Below, piece after piece: positions 26,113 to 34,368 of a stretch of 57,701 bases of DNA. The translations under genes were made by a program, and so were the position numbers. Within the stretch, counting starts at the first letter, position 1. Each line of letters starts with the position of its first letter. The notes under the pieces are model-generated. The model was not told the origin of the DNA. It worked only from the letters and a program-made list of their open reading frames with translations, and searched no databases. This DNA is from a virus. Lineage: Duplodnaviria > Caudoviricetes. The DNA is taken from positions 1-57,701 of the IMG/VR virus record IMGVR_UViG_3300005805_000102. The stretch is one strand, 5' to 3'.

Positions 26113-26113
26113 G

Positions 26114-26275
26114 ATGAGAAAGTTCAACGTAGGTGATAAAGTTAAGTGTAACGGAAATCCTGATGGGCGTATCGTAGCCCTGTATCACGGAATGTACGTT
26201 GTGAGATTGTGGTCTGGATCGCGCCTAGTCGGCGAAGTTGTCGTGTCCGAGCGTGACCTGAATTTGGAGAACTAA
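26114..26275 (+). CDS. Small SH3-like protein (53 aa, not in the ORF track)
   Basis: MRKFNVGDKVK..GRIV..YVVRL. Confidence 0.5.
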   Translation: MRKFNVGDKVKCNGNPDGRIVALYHGMYVVRLWSGSRLVGEVVVSERDLNLEN

Positions 26276-26276
26276 T

Positions 26277-26612
26277 ATGAAAAGAGTACGATTGAACATT
26301 AAGAAGATGCGCCAGGCTGTCGATTCTCGCACCGACGAGATTGAGGTTGGAAAGGTCTACTTCCTCAGCAATTTCTACGACAAGGACGGAGCTATGGTTC
26401 GCGTTTTGTCTAAGAGCAAAGCCAAGAACCGAGCTGGCTGGAAGTCATCAGTAAACATCGAGGTTGTTGAGCCTGTTGGTTTTGATGATACCGATCCTAG
26501 TCTCAAGTATTACGCAAAGGGTTCAACGCATACAGTAAATGCTACGAACCTGTATGAGAAGAGAGAGCTTGCAAGCGCCTCAGCTAAGTGGGGCCAACCA
26601 ATAGGACTGTAA
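26277..26612 (+). CDS. Hypothetical protein
   Basis: GGAG RBS; open frame. Confidence 0.6.
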   Translation: MKRVRLNIKKMRQAVDSRTDEIEVGKVYFLSNFYDKDGAMVRVLSKSKAKNRAGWKSSVNIEVVEPVGFDDTDPSLKYYAKGSTHTVNATNLYEKRELASASAKWGQPIGL

Positions 26613-26623
26613 TCGAGTGAAAT

Positions 26624-26830
26624 ATGAGAATTAACAGCGACAGACTATGGGAAATTCGTGACGAGGTCGCAGCTCTTAAGAAGGAGCGCAAGAGGCTATT
26701 GAAAGAACTATTCATCGCCGATTCCGACGACGATCTAATTGCAATCGAGGCCGCAATCGACGAGCTATCAGATGAGCACGACCGCGTATGGGCAGCAATC
26801 GAGGCATACCGTAAACCAAAGGAGAGCTAA
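26624..26830 (+). CDS. Small acidic helical-hairpin protein
   Basis: RLWEI..IDELSDEH, loosely similar to 19148. Confidence 0.55.
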   Translation: MRINSDRLWEIRDEVAALKKERKRLLKELFIADSDDDLIAIEAAIDELSDEHDRVWAAIEAYRKPKES

Positions 26831-27003
26831 TGGACAGCAAGAATATAGAGAGCCTACAGTATCGCATCGCCGCGCTCAACAGCAGAATATACGCTCTTGA
26901 GAACGCAGCAGATAAACTCGACGAGCTAGAGGAGGCTTGCAGAGAGCTACAGCTCCTTGAGACTGAGCTACACTGGCGCCTATCATCTTTTGGAAATGAG
27001 TAA
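26830..27003 (+). CDS. Small coiled-coil protein (57 aa, not in the ORF track)
   Basis: TAATG-coupled; GGAG RBS. Confidence 0.5.
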   Translation: MDSKNIESLQYRIAALNSRIYALENAADKLDELEEACRELQLLETELHWRLSSFGNE

Positions 27004-27004
27004 C

Positions 27005-27280
27005 ATGGACCGATCCGCAATTTTAGACTTCCTAACCAAAAACCAAGGACTCGATACCGTATCTGGCAGAATCAAGACAGTAGAAAGGCTAGACACCGAG
27101 CGCGTATCGATCCGCCTGTTTGAGGGTCCGCAGGTTCTCCTGTTCCTCAACAAAGAGAACGAAGAGAAGATGCGTAAACGAATTTTCGAGATCGCAGTAT
27201 TCGTGGGCAAGACCACACTCGGCAACCTCGAAGCCACAACCGTGATATTTGGTAAAGAAGAAACGAGCATGGAGTGTTAG
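27005..27280 (+). CDS. Hypothetical protein
   Basis: ATG at 27005, in frame with the tracked ORF. Confidence 0.55.
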   Translation: MDRSAILDFLTKNQGLDTVSGRIKTVERLDTERVSIRLFEGPQVLLFLNKENEEKMRKRIFEIAVFVGKTTLGNLEATTVIFGKEETSMEC

Positions 27281-27281
27281 T

Positions 27282-27488
27282 ATGATAACTGAGCAAGAGA
27301 AGCAAACCAGAAAACAGAAACTTGACAGCTTGATTGAAAAGTTTAAGTATGCCTTTTACCTTCATGGTAAGCACACCTCGACGAGCAATCTTTTGAAGTT
27401 GGCCTGTTTCGTAAATGATCAGAAGCCTTCCGCATACGATGTGTTCGTGATAAATGAAGACAAGTCCCTCGTATTTTGGAATCCTTAA
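27282..27488 (+). CDS. Hypothetical protein
   Basis: GGAG RBS; ends immediately before tRNA-Asn. Confidence 0.5.
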   Translation: MITEQEKQTRKQKLDSLIEKFKYAFYLHGKHTSTSNLLKLACFVNDQKPSAYDVFVINEDKSLVFWNP

Positions 27489-27560
27489 TGGCGAGTAATT
27501 CAGTGGTAGAATGGCTGACTGTTAATCAGCTCGTCGTAGGTTCGATCCCTACCTCGCCAG
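27489..27560 (+). tRNA. tRNA-Asn (GTT)
   Basis: Acceptor TGGCGAG/CTCGCCA; anticodon arm GCTGA-CT-GTT-AA-TCAGC; TTCGA T-loop. Confidence 0.9.
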
Positions 27561-27565
27561 CATAT

Positions 27566-27647
27566 GCCCAAATGGTGGAATTGGCAGACACACTAGACTT
27601 AGGATCTAGCACCGCAAGGTTTGGGGGTTCAAGTCCCTCTTTGGGCA
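27566..27647 (+). tRNA. tRNA-Leu (TAG)
   Basis: Acceptor GCCCAAA/TTTGGGC; CTAGA-CT-TAG-GA-TCTAG; long variable arm ACCGCAAGGT. Confidence 0.92.
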
Positions 27648-27652
27648 CACAA

Positions 27653-27725
27653 GTCTCCATCGTCTAGAGGCCTAGGACACCCGCCTTTCACGCAGGTAAC
27701 ATGGGTTCGAATCCCATTGGAGACA
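27653..27725 (+). tRNA. tRNA-Glu (TTC)
   Basis: Acceptor GTCTCCA/TGGAGAC; loop CT-TTC-AC; one anticodon-stem mismatch. Confidence 0.88.
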
Positions 27726-27730
27726 CTCCC

Positions 27731-27807
27731 GCAACCATAGCTCAACAGGATAGAGCACTAGCCTTCTAAGCTAGGGGTTCCAGGTTCGAGTCCTGGTGGT
27801 TGCGCCA
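27731..27807 (+). tRNA. tRNA-Arg (TCT)
   Basis: Acceptor GCAACCA/TGGTTGC; CTAGC-CT-TCT-AA-GCTAG; encoded CCA. Confidence 0.93.
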
Positions 27808-27813
27808 TTTTCA

Positions 27814-27819
27814 TAAATA
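27814..27819 (+). promoter_or_regulatory. T4-type late promoter core
   Basis: CATAAATA, then an AAGGAG RBS and the leader gene at 27847. Confidence 0.6.
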
Positions 27820-27846
27820 CAATCACCCCAAAGGAGTATACACAGC

Positions 27847-28239
27847 ATGGACATCAACCTTTTCCGCAAGTCACTCGCCAGTAAGCAAGGCCTACTAAAA
27901 GAAGACCACGCAATAGAGTCCGCCAAGTCCCTTCTCGCCAAAGCCTCAGACACACTAAGACGCAAAAGAAACGAAGACACAGCAGAAGAGGCACTGAACC
28001 TATTAACACAAGTAAAGAACACATTAAAGCACCACCCTCTATATGGTATGGATTTAAGACTTGGCAGTAGCGTACATACACTAGAGTGGTACCTAGATTC
28101 CGCATATGACGTAGTTCTAGACGCCTTTTATTCCTTAACTGATCGTAAAGGAAACGGCGTGAGTGATGGACAGAAGCTATTGGTATTAGCTATTGACGAG
28201 ATTGACGATATCCTCAAAGCACTCAAAATATTGTTCTGA
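27847..28239 (+). CDS. MDINLFRKSLASKQ-leader protein 6
   Basis: Leader + GLLKE; helical-bundle payload; immediately after the tRNA cluster. Confidence 0.75.
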   Translation: MDINLFRKSLASKQGLLKEDHAIESAKSLLAKASDTLRRKRNEDTAEEALNLLTQVKNTLKHHPLYGMDLRLGSSVHTLEWYLDSAYDVVLDAFYSLTDRKGNGVSDGQKLLVLAIDEIDDILKALKILF

Positions 28240-28476
28240 TCATTTTTAGATTCCGCACATTTTAGGACCTTCAGTAGGTTTTGAGAGACCACTGCATTTT
28301 GGCAGTGTGTTGTATTATTGTGTTTTAAGTGGAGGATCGGAATGAACAAAGTTGTATAGAAGTGACTTAGCCGCTCGACACAAAAAACACACTCTAAGCC
28401 AATTCCAAAAAGTTGAACACTTCCATAAGCCAAAAAATTCTCGCAGAAATTTTTTTCTCTCTGAGCCATTCACTTG

Positions 28477-28506
28477 TTGACATGAGCAGCAATAGTAGAG
28501 TATTCT
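28477..28506 (+). promoter_or_regulatory. sigma70-type promoter; probable leaderless transcript
   Basis: TTGACA-N18-TATTCT; ATG 7 nt downstream. Confidence 0.55.
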
Positions 28507-28512
28507 TAAATC

Positions 28513-28725
28513 ATGCCAAAAGCAAAAAAGACAAGAACCACAAAAGAGAAAGCAGAGCGAGAAGAGTTGTTCAAGACAGTAGCGATTGCAGTCCTTACAT
28601 CTCATCCAGCTTCAGCACTCAGAGGCTCAGCAGACGGCACAAAAGTATCTGAACAGTTTGTCGATACTGTGCGCCTGTTGACCGAGAGTGTTCTTGAACA
28701 AGCTAAAACGTTTGGAGAAAAGTAG
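28513..28725 (+). CDS. Hypothetical protein
   Basis: Basic N-terminus; open frame. Confidence 0.55.
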   Translation: MPKAKKTRTTKEKAEREELFKTVAIAVLTSHPASALRGSADGTKVSEQFVDTVRLLTESVLEQAKTFGEK

Positions 28726-28732
28726 AGTACAT

Positions 28733-28936
28733 ATGGTAGCAGAAAAGGCCGTCAGTTCAGTAAAGCGCGTAGTCGCAGCAGTAGTTTCAGCAGTTACAGC
28801 ACTCGTCAGAAAAGCAACAGGAGCCAAAGCTCCAGCAAAGTGTGCCAAAAAGTGTGCAAAGAAGTGCTCTAAGAAGACCGCAAAGAAGACCGCAAAGAAG
28901 AGCGCAAAAGTAGTGCAGTTTCGACGCACGAAGTAG
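28733..28936 (+). CDS. Histone H1-like Lys/Ala-rich protein
   Basis: AKKCAKKCSKKTAKKTAKKSAK tetrapeptide repeats. Confidence 0.6.
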   Translation: MVAEKAVSSVKRVVAAVVSAVTALVRKATGAKAPAKCAKKCAKKCSKKTAKKTAKKSAKVVQFRRTK

Positions 28937-28986
28937 TACACACAACGTAGCGCAACGGTTTAGAAACAGTACGAGAAGCCATACGC

Positions 28987-29439
28987 ATGTCTTACGAAGA
29001 GCTGAAACGACTCGAATCTCTACTTACACTAAAGCTAGAGAAGTTGAGCAGTGAGCAGAATGTTCAGAGTGATGAGCTAGTGCTTACAGCATCAATACTC
29101 AAGTTTGTTCAAACTCTCGTACAGCGCGAGGTTCGAAAGATTGACGACGAAAAGTTTTGGATATCACCAAGCCATCCTGCATTTTCTCAGTCAATTTCTG
29201 CGCCTCCTGCCATATATAAAATGGTGGCAAATGCCACAATCTGCACAAACTGCCGTGAGAAGCATCCAAACATGACGCACTGCGTTCATGTGATGTCAGA
29301 TTGTCTGAGTGATTCGTTTGAGTCTCAGAGCAGCAATCGCGTGATAGTGAACAGTGTTTCGCTAAAGCATAATGAGTCATCGACAACTGGCGATAGTTCA
29401 GAGCAGATCGATATCGACAAGTTTGTAGTTAAAAGCTAG
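28987..29439 (+). CDS. Hypothetical protein with CxxC
   Basis: CTNC..H..HC. Confidence 0.5.
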   Translation: MSYEELKRLESLLTLKLEKLSSEQNVQSDELVLTASILKFVQTLVQREVRKIDDEKFWISPSHPAFSQSISAPPAIYKMVANATICTNCREKHPNMTHCVHVMSDCLSDSFESQSSNRVIVNSVSLKHNESSTTGDSSEQIDIDKFVVKS

Positions 29440-29580
29440 GGAGTAGAAGAGATGTTGTATGAGTTACTTTTGTCTTTTGTCATTACGATGATTGTTGTGG
29501 TTCTAGGGTCTTTAGGTATTCGATAATTTTGGATTGATGAGCGGGACTACCAAAGCGTGTAGAGTGAGAGAGTTGAGAGT

Positions 29581-29952
29581 ATGAAAGTGAAGGTGTTGGA
29601 TAGACTCTTTGATCAGATTCGTTCTGCGATTCGAGACTGTGAAATCAATCTAAACAGCAACAAGTCTAAGCGAAAAGACATCATTCGTGAGATACGAGTG
29701 ATGAAGAATAATATTCGCCAAGGAGAGAGTCTTTGCTCAAAGTTGGAAGTTGGTCTTGTTGTTGATCCCGCATACATTCGTGATGACTTGCAAAAGAAGC
29801 GGCAAGCTCTTAATGATTTGAGAACAAGTTTAATTGGGCAAGAGATAAGCCACGATGTGGAGCTTGCAAAGTTTCGAGCACTACATCGACAGCTCGATAA
29901 GATGAAAGTTCCTTTTGATCCAGAAGCATTTGCCAAAGCTCGCAGTAAGTAA
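29581..29952 (+). CDS. Coiled-coil hypothetical protein
   Basis: Heptad pattern; open frame. Confidence 0.55.
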   Translation: MKVKVLDRLFDQIRSAIRDCEINLNSNKSKRKDIIREIRVMKNNIRQGESLCSKLEVGLVVDPAYIRDDLQKKRQALNDLRTSLIGQEISHDVELAKFRALHRQLDKMKVPFDPEAFAKARSK

Positions 29953-29958
29953 TCATAT

Positions 29959-30357
29959 ATGCCGATTCAGTATAGCGTGACAGACATCAACTTCATGTCA
30001 GACTTAAATGAGCTTATGGATTCTCTCACAGCAGAGACGCCAGAGCCTAGTGTAGAACTACGAGACTCTGACAATGTTCTACTCATGTCAATCAAAGCAT
30101 CAGGCATCGAGTACAATCGAAACACGTTTCCATACGACACATACGAGAAAGCAGCGAAGAGAATATACGAAGCTATCAAGCCAAAAGCAGATGATGTGAA
30201 GCTAGATTTAACGTTCGATCTTTCACAGTGGTCTGAGTTTCCTCAAAGAAGTTTCAGCTTGTCGAAAGCTGGTCTTGAACACAACTTTGATGTCGATACG
30301 TGGCACTGGTGGCTACTAAATGAATTGGAGAAAATCACAAAACAAACGCCCTCTTAG
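29959..30357 (+). CDS. Hypothetical protein
   Basis: Open frame; the stop codon lies within the 5' end of tRNA-Thr. Confidence 0.55.
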   Translation: MPIQYSVTDINFMSDLNELMDSLTAETPEPSVELRDSDNVLLMSIKASGIEYNRNTFPYDTYEKAAKRIYEAIKPKADDVKLDLTFDLSQWSEFPQRSFSLSKAGLEHNFDVDTWHWWLLNELEKITKQTPS

Positions 30358-30422
30358 CTCAAAGGCGGAGCAACGGTTTTGTAAACCGTAGGTTGCGGGT
30401 TCAAGTCCAGCAGAGGGCTCCA
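30348..30422 (+). tRNA. tRNA-Thr (TGT)
   Basis: Acceptor GCCCTCT/AGAGGGC; ACGGT-TT-TGT-AA-ACCGT; encoded CCA; one T-stem mismatch. Confidence 0.88.
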
Positions 30423-30618
30423 CAAACATTATGAGACTCACACAACTCTTAACAACTATCTTTATTACATTCAGTTTTGGTTCTTTGCCGGATTCTGTTG
30501 GAGGTCCCGATGATATTGGTGGCCTCTTCGTTCTTGGCTTCTACAAACAAGAGCCTAAGATTGTAGATAAATGTAATTGTGTATATTTGGGTATGGTAGA
30601 ATTTTAGAAGAGGTTTCT

Positions 30619-30903
30619 ATGACAGATGATGTTGATATCAAATCGATCATGGCAGACTACATCGATGCAGAAGATGACTTTGGCTTCTCGGCTGTCAGTG
30701 AAGAAGAGTATAACAAAGTAGTTGCAGAGACAGAGCAGACGGTAGAGAACTACAAAGAAAAGCTCGCAGAAGTTGAAAAGCTAATTGTGCCATTTCTTGT
30801 GAAGTTGTTAAAAACCGCAGACAAGGAATATATCTATTGGCCCAACAGAAAGCCCACGATTGAAAGACAGATTGAGAAGATCATCAAATTGACACGCAGC
30901 TAA
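30619..30903 (+). CDS. Conserved T4-like phage hypothetical protein
   Basis: DDFGFSAVSEEE..PFL..L...DKEYIYWPNR. Confidence 0.7.
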   Translation: MTDDVDIKSIMADYIDAEDDFGFSAVSEEEYNKVVAETEQTVENYKEKLAEVEKLIVPFLVKLLKTADKEYIYWPNRKPTIERQIEKIIKLTRS

Positions 30904-30918
30904 CAAACTGGAGTTATC

Positions 30919-31140
30919 ATGACAAAATCGAAGAAGAAAGAAGCATCATCAGATATCGTAACTGATGAAATGGAGAAACTCGTTCTAGAAGTACAGAGTC
31001 TCGCTAGAGTAAGAACGGCCCTTTCGTTTGGAACTAAGCTGTCTGTCAGAGACTCGGCGGAAAGCACAATCAGTCGAAAAATCAATGCAAAAGTCACTGA
31101 GCTATCAAAGCTAGTTCTGAAAGAGTACAAAGGTGAGTAA
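30919..31140 (+). CDS. Hypothetical protein
   Basis: GGAG RBS. Confidence 0.55.
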   Translation: MTKSKKKEASSDIVTDEMEKLVLEVQSLARVRTALSFGTKLSVRDSAESTISRKINAKVTELSKLVLKEYKGE

Positions 31141-31234
31141 AATACGAAAAATTCGTAGTCTATAAACGTTCGCAATCCAAGAGAATGTGCTATACTGCAT
31201 AGTAGGTGCGAGTAATACTCTTTTGGAGATTGTT

Positions 31235-33016
31235 ATGAAACTGTGTGTGAATATTAGCGCGGCGCTCTTAGTGTTCGTGTGTTCTGCTTCGGCGGAAGCG
31301 CAGAAGGAATCATTTCCCGGCGTGATACTGTCGAGTAGCAAACGAATAGACAGTGCAAGTCAATCCAACAGGTTTGTCTCATATGAAAATGAGCTTCTTT
31401 CAAAGAAAGCAGTTCATGTGAGAGATGTTCGAGAGCTAAATGTATCCAGACCGTACTCGCGCTCCCGATCTCTTTGTAGAAAGGCTGTAGTGCGTAGACT
31501 TAAAAATGCAGTTGATGGTCATGTAACTTGTTCAGAAAACTTTACTCTCAAAGCATCTGAGATACCAAACGATTCTCTGTATTCGTTGCAGTATGCACCA
31601 TCGATGATGTCAGCACCCGCAGCTTGGGATATTGAGAAAGGAAATTCAGATCTATTGGCCTTGGTTGTAGACACGGGAATTGACTTTTCGCATCCTGACC
31701 TTGCAAGTAACTTGTGGATCAACCCGCGAGAAGTTCCTGCAAATAATATAGATGATGATGCAAACGGCTACATAGACGATGTGTATGGAATTGACACCAT
31801 CACTCGCAGAGGTAGTGGTTATGATGATAATGGACATGGCACACATGTTGCTGGAATTATAGGTGCTGTGGGCAATAACAGCATTGGTGTATCCGGCATT
31901 TCACAGAGAGTGAAACTTGTTAGTCTAAAATTTTTAGATGCTTCAGGTAGAGGTAGTACCACAAATGCAATTAGAGCAATCAATTATGGTGTCGAGCTGA
32001 AGCGACTGGGACACAATGTTGTTGTCATGAACAATTCATATGGCTCTAGCTCGTTCTCTTCAGCGTTTTATGATGCAGTCAAAGCGGCAGAGAGTGAGGG
32101 TATACTATTCACAGCAGCAGCAGGAAACAGCAGAAGAAATAACGATGTCTACGCAACGTATCCTGCAAACTTTTCATTATCAAACGTCATATCTGTTGCT
32201 TCTGTAGATTCTCTAGGCAACTTGTCATCATTCTCGAATTATGGTTTCAAGAAAGTACATGCGGCAGCCCCAGGCACAGCAATACTTAGTACAATACCAC
32301 TACAGAGATATGGTTATAAAAGTGGCACATCTATGGCAACCCCACAAATAACGGGACTTATTACACTCACTAAATCTGCATGTTTGTCACACAGCATGTC
32401 AACAGTAAAAGAATTGGTGCTCGACAATGGAGTTGCATACTCTAGCTTACTTTCTAAGACTAGCAAAGGTACTGTAGCAAACGCTGTTGGTTCTGTATAC
32501 GCAGCAAAATCTTCATGTGGGGTCGTTAGTACCCCCACACCAGAAACCTCACCGTCGCCAACACCTACTACGACACCGACGGCTACCGCGACTCCGACAC
32601 ATACTCCCACAAGCACTCCGACAGCCACACCCACCCCAACAATCACAAGCTCCGTGACCCCAACACCTGGCGCAGATATAAGTCCGGCTGTCTCAAAAGT
32701 TGGTTCTTCAGTCACCTTGTCTATATCAGCCCCAAACAATATTGGCCAGAGACTGCGTATGGATGTGTTGCTTCGAGATGTTTATGGAAAAACTTTTGTT
32801 TGTCCAACTTCGTATGTCACTGTCACGCAACCACAACGAATTATATCGGTAGTGATTCCACCGGACGCGAAGTATTTCACTCGCATACAAGTTCTTTTGA
32901 GAGGAACAAACTACACATATGCACCTTCAGTTATCATGAGTTCTGCAACAGCTAGGTTGATAGACTCTACAATTAGATCTTCGGTGTGTAATTGGTTAAA
33001 CGCACAAATAAAATGA
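31235..33016 (+). CDS. S8 subtilisin-like serine protease with signal peptide, Thr/Pro linker and C-terminal domain
   Basis: Triad motifs VVDTGID, NGHGTHVAG and SGTSMATP; oxyanion AAAGN; signal peptide ..SASAEA; TPTP repeats. Confidence 0.92.
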   Translation: MKLCVNISAALLVFVCSASAEAQKESFPGVILSSSKRIDSASQSNRFVSYENELLSKKAVHVRDVRELNVSRPYSRSRSLCRKAVVRRLKNAVDGHVTCSENFTLKASEIPNDSLYSLQYAPSMMSAPAAWDIEKGNSDLLALVVDTGIDFSHPDLASNLWINPREVPANNIDDDANGYIDDVYGIDTITRRGSGYDDNGHGTHVAGIIGAVGNNSIGVSGISQRVKLVSLKFLDASGRGSTTNAIRAINYGVELKRLGHNVVVMNNSYGSSSFSSAFYDAVKAAESEGILFTAAAGNSRRNNDVYATYPANFSLSNVISVASVDSLGNLSSFSNYGFKKVHAAAPGTAILSTIPLQRYGYKSGTSMATPQITGLITLTKSACLSHSMSTVKELVLDNGVAYSSLLSKTSKGTVANAVGSVYAAKSSCGVVSTPTPETSPSPTPTTTPTATATPTHTPTSTPTATPTPTITSSVTPTPGADISPAVSKVGSSVTLSISAPNNIGQRLRMDVLLRDVYGKTFVCPTSYVTVTQPQRIISVVIPPDAKYFTRIQVLLRGTNYTYAPSVIMSSATARLIDSTIRSSVCNWLNAQIK

Positions 33017-33053
33017 TAGACAAAAATTCTACATCTGCTATACTCATGTTGCT

Positions 33054-33263
33054 ATGGTAAAAGTAAATCGAAACAGTCTTCAAGATTATAGCAGAACGAT
33101 TAAGGGCCTGACGAACGAAGAGCTACACAAAGAAATATGGATGCTCGACGAGCATATCAAGTATCTCACAGAAGCTCATCAAGACTCTTCATACTTTCAA
33201 AAGTTTCTACATGTCGCTAGAGAAGAGCGCGAGACGCGCATGTGCGCTCAGGGATATCAATGA
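33054..33263 (+). CDS. Hypothetical protein
   Basis: Promoter TAGACA..TG-TATACT at 33017-33044. Confidence 0.55.
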   Translation: MVKVNRNSLQDYSRTIKGLTNEELHKEIWMLDEHIKYLTEAHQDSSYFQKFLHVAREERETRMCAQGYQ

Positions 33264-33493
33264 CAGAGTTTCTTCGTGATATAAAGCGAATCAGCCATCT
33301 ACTCTTCAGCGAAGACATTCCAAAAACATGGACGAAGTTCAGATTGTGGATTGCGTTCCACATTCTTCCAAAAGACCTGGCAAACTTCATGCTTATGATC
33401 ATCACTAAATTGGAATTGGAATACGAAAAATTGGATTCTGAAAAAAGAGACAAGATCAGCTCTTTGAGTATTGACTTCGAATTTAGAGAATGA
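33260..33493 (+). CDS. Hypothetical protein
   Basis: ATGA-coupled to the upstream gene. Confidence 0.5.
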   Translation: MTEFLRDIKRISHLLFSEDIPKTWTKFRLWIAFHILPKDLANFMLMIITKLELEYEKLDSEKRDKISSLSIDFEFRE

Positions 33494-33499
33494 TATACT
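33471..33499 (+). promoter_or_regulatory. sigma70-type promoter; probable leaderless transcript
   Basis: TTGACT-N17-TATACT with extended TG; ATG 7 nt downstream. Confidence 0.65.
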
Positions 33500-33505
33500 T
33501 TTAGT

Positions 33506-33739
33506 ATGACTAGAAAACCTCGCACAAAAGCAAATATCGAAAACAAAATTGTTGAGCTGTACATTCGTCTTCACAAGCGAAAGACGCAAAAGCCGGCACG
33601 ACTAATCAACCTGAGAAAGAGGCTTGAGTTCTTCAAGGGTCTACTACAAGAGATCGTTGATAACGAATCAACATCATCAAACTCAGATTTGCTAGACACA
33701 TCTGGGGAAACTCTCAGAACAGACTCGCCGGCGGAGTAG
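33506..33739 (+). CDS. Hypothetical basic protein
   Basis: Open frame directly after the promoter. Confidence 0.55.
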   Translation: MTRKPRTKANIENKIVELYIRLHKRKTQKPARLINLRKRLEFFKGLLQEIVDNESTSSNSDLLDTSGETLRTDSPAE

Positions 33740-33742
33740 CTC

Positions 33743-34366
33743 ATGGGCTGTGATATACACGCCCATGTTGAGTATTTCGAGAAGAGTGTCGATAGACCAA
33801 TCGTAATATGCTTTTCAAAAAACATGTACATGGGAAGGAACTACATGCTGTTCAACCTACTTGCGGGTGTGAGAGGATTTGGTGGACCAGTGTTTTCTGT
33901 GCGAGGTCTTCCAGTGAGTCCTCCGATCAGCCCATGTGTACAATCGAGTTATTGCTTATGGGTTGTTGATGATGACAAAAAAGATATGTATCAAAACTTC
34001 GAGATGAGGTCTGTATCGAAATCCGAAGCCGACAAACTCGTTATGGAAGGAAAGAGCAAGTTCTTTCAAAAGAACTATATCATAGATCCTTCCATTCACA
34101 CACCAAGCCATTTAACAAAGAGTGAGTTGATTGAAGTTCGCCGACGATACCTAATGCAGATGATCGAGTTTGAGTCCACAGAGTATACGGGAAAGAAAAG
34201 AGACTATGCATTAAAGACACTGAGAGAGGCAAATGAGTATGAGATAATGAAGAATGTGTTCCCATCGATTGAGTCTATAAATTTGAACGCTGTCATAGCA
34301 ACTATGATTGCCATAGAAAACAGCGGCGACTACTCATCGAGATTCGTTTTTTGGTTTGATTCGTAA
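33743..34366 (+). CDS. Conserved phage hypothetical protein
   Basis: MGCDIH..E, RNY.LF..LAGVR, RGLP, HTPS.LT..EL, RFVFWFDS family signature. Confidence 0.75.
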   Translation: MGCDIHAHVEYFEKSVDRPIVICFSKNMYMGRNYMLFNLLAGVRGFGGPVFSVRGLPVSPPISPCVQSSYCLWVVDDDKKDMYQNFEMRSVSKSEADKLVMEGKSKFFQKNYIIDPSIHTPSHLTKSELIEVRRRYLMQMIEFESTEYTGKKRDYALKTLREANEYEIMKNVFPSIESINLNAVIATMIAIENSGDYSSRFVFWFDS

Positions 34367-34368
34367 TA

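Noticed and set aside
27566-27647. tRNA with anticodon TAG as an amber suppressor, or a recoded genetic code
   Set aside because: Anticodon TAG reads Leu CTA; a suppressor would need CTA. Conserved genes end normally at TAG, TGA and TAA under the standard code
27476-27667. 63-aa ORF
   Set aside because: It overlaps tRNA-Asn, tRNA-Leu and tRNA-Glu
14989-27888. Diversity-generating retroelement or integron as the explanation for the cassettes
   Set aside because: No reverse transcriptase, integrase, attC-like palindromes or adenine-specific variation is visible in the window
32530-32670. ACNCCN-type repeats as a DNA repeat element
   Set aside because: They encode the Thr/Pro linker of the subtilase with varied codons
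6535-33016. Host chromosome or prophage boundary suggested by bacterial-type enzymes
   Set aside because: Each enzyme is isolated and tightly flanked by phage-type ORFs; there is no integrase or housekeeping operon
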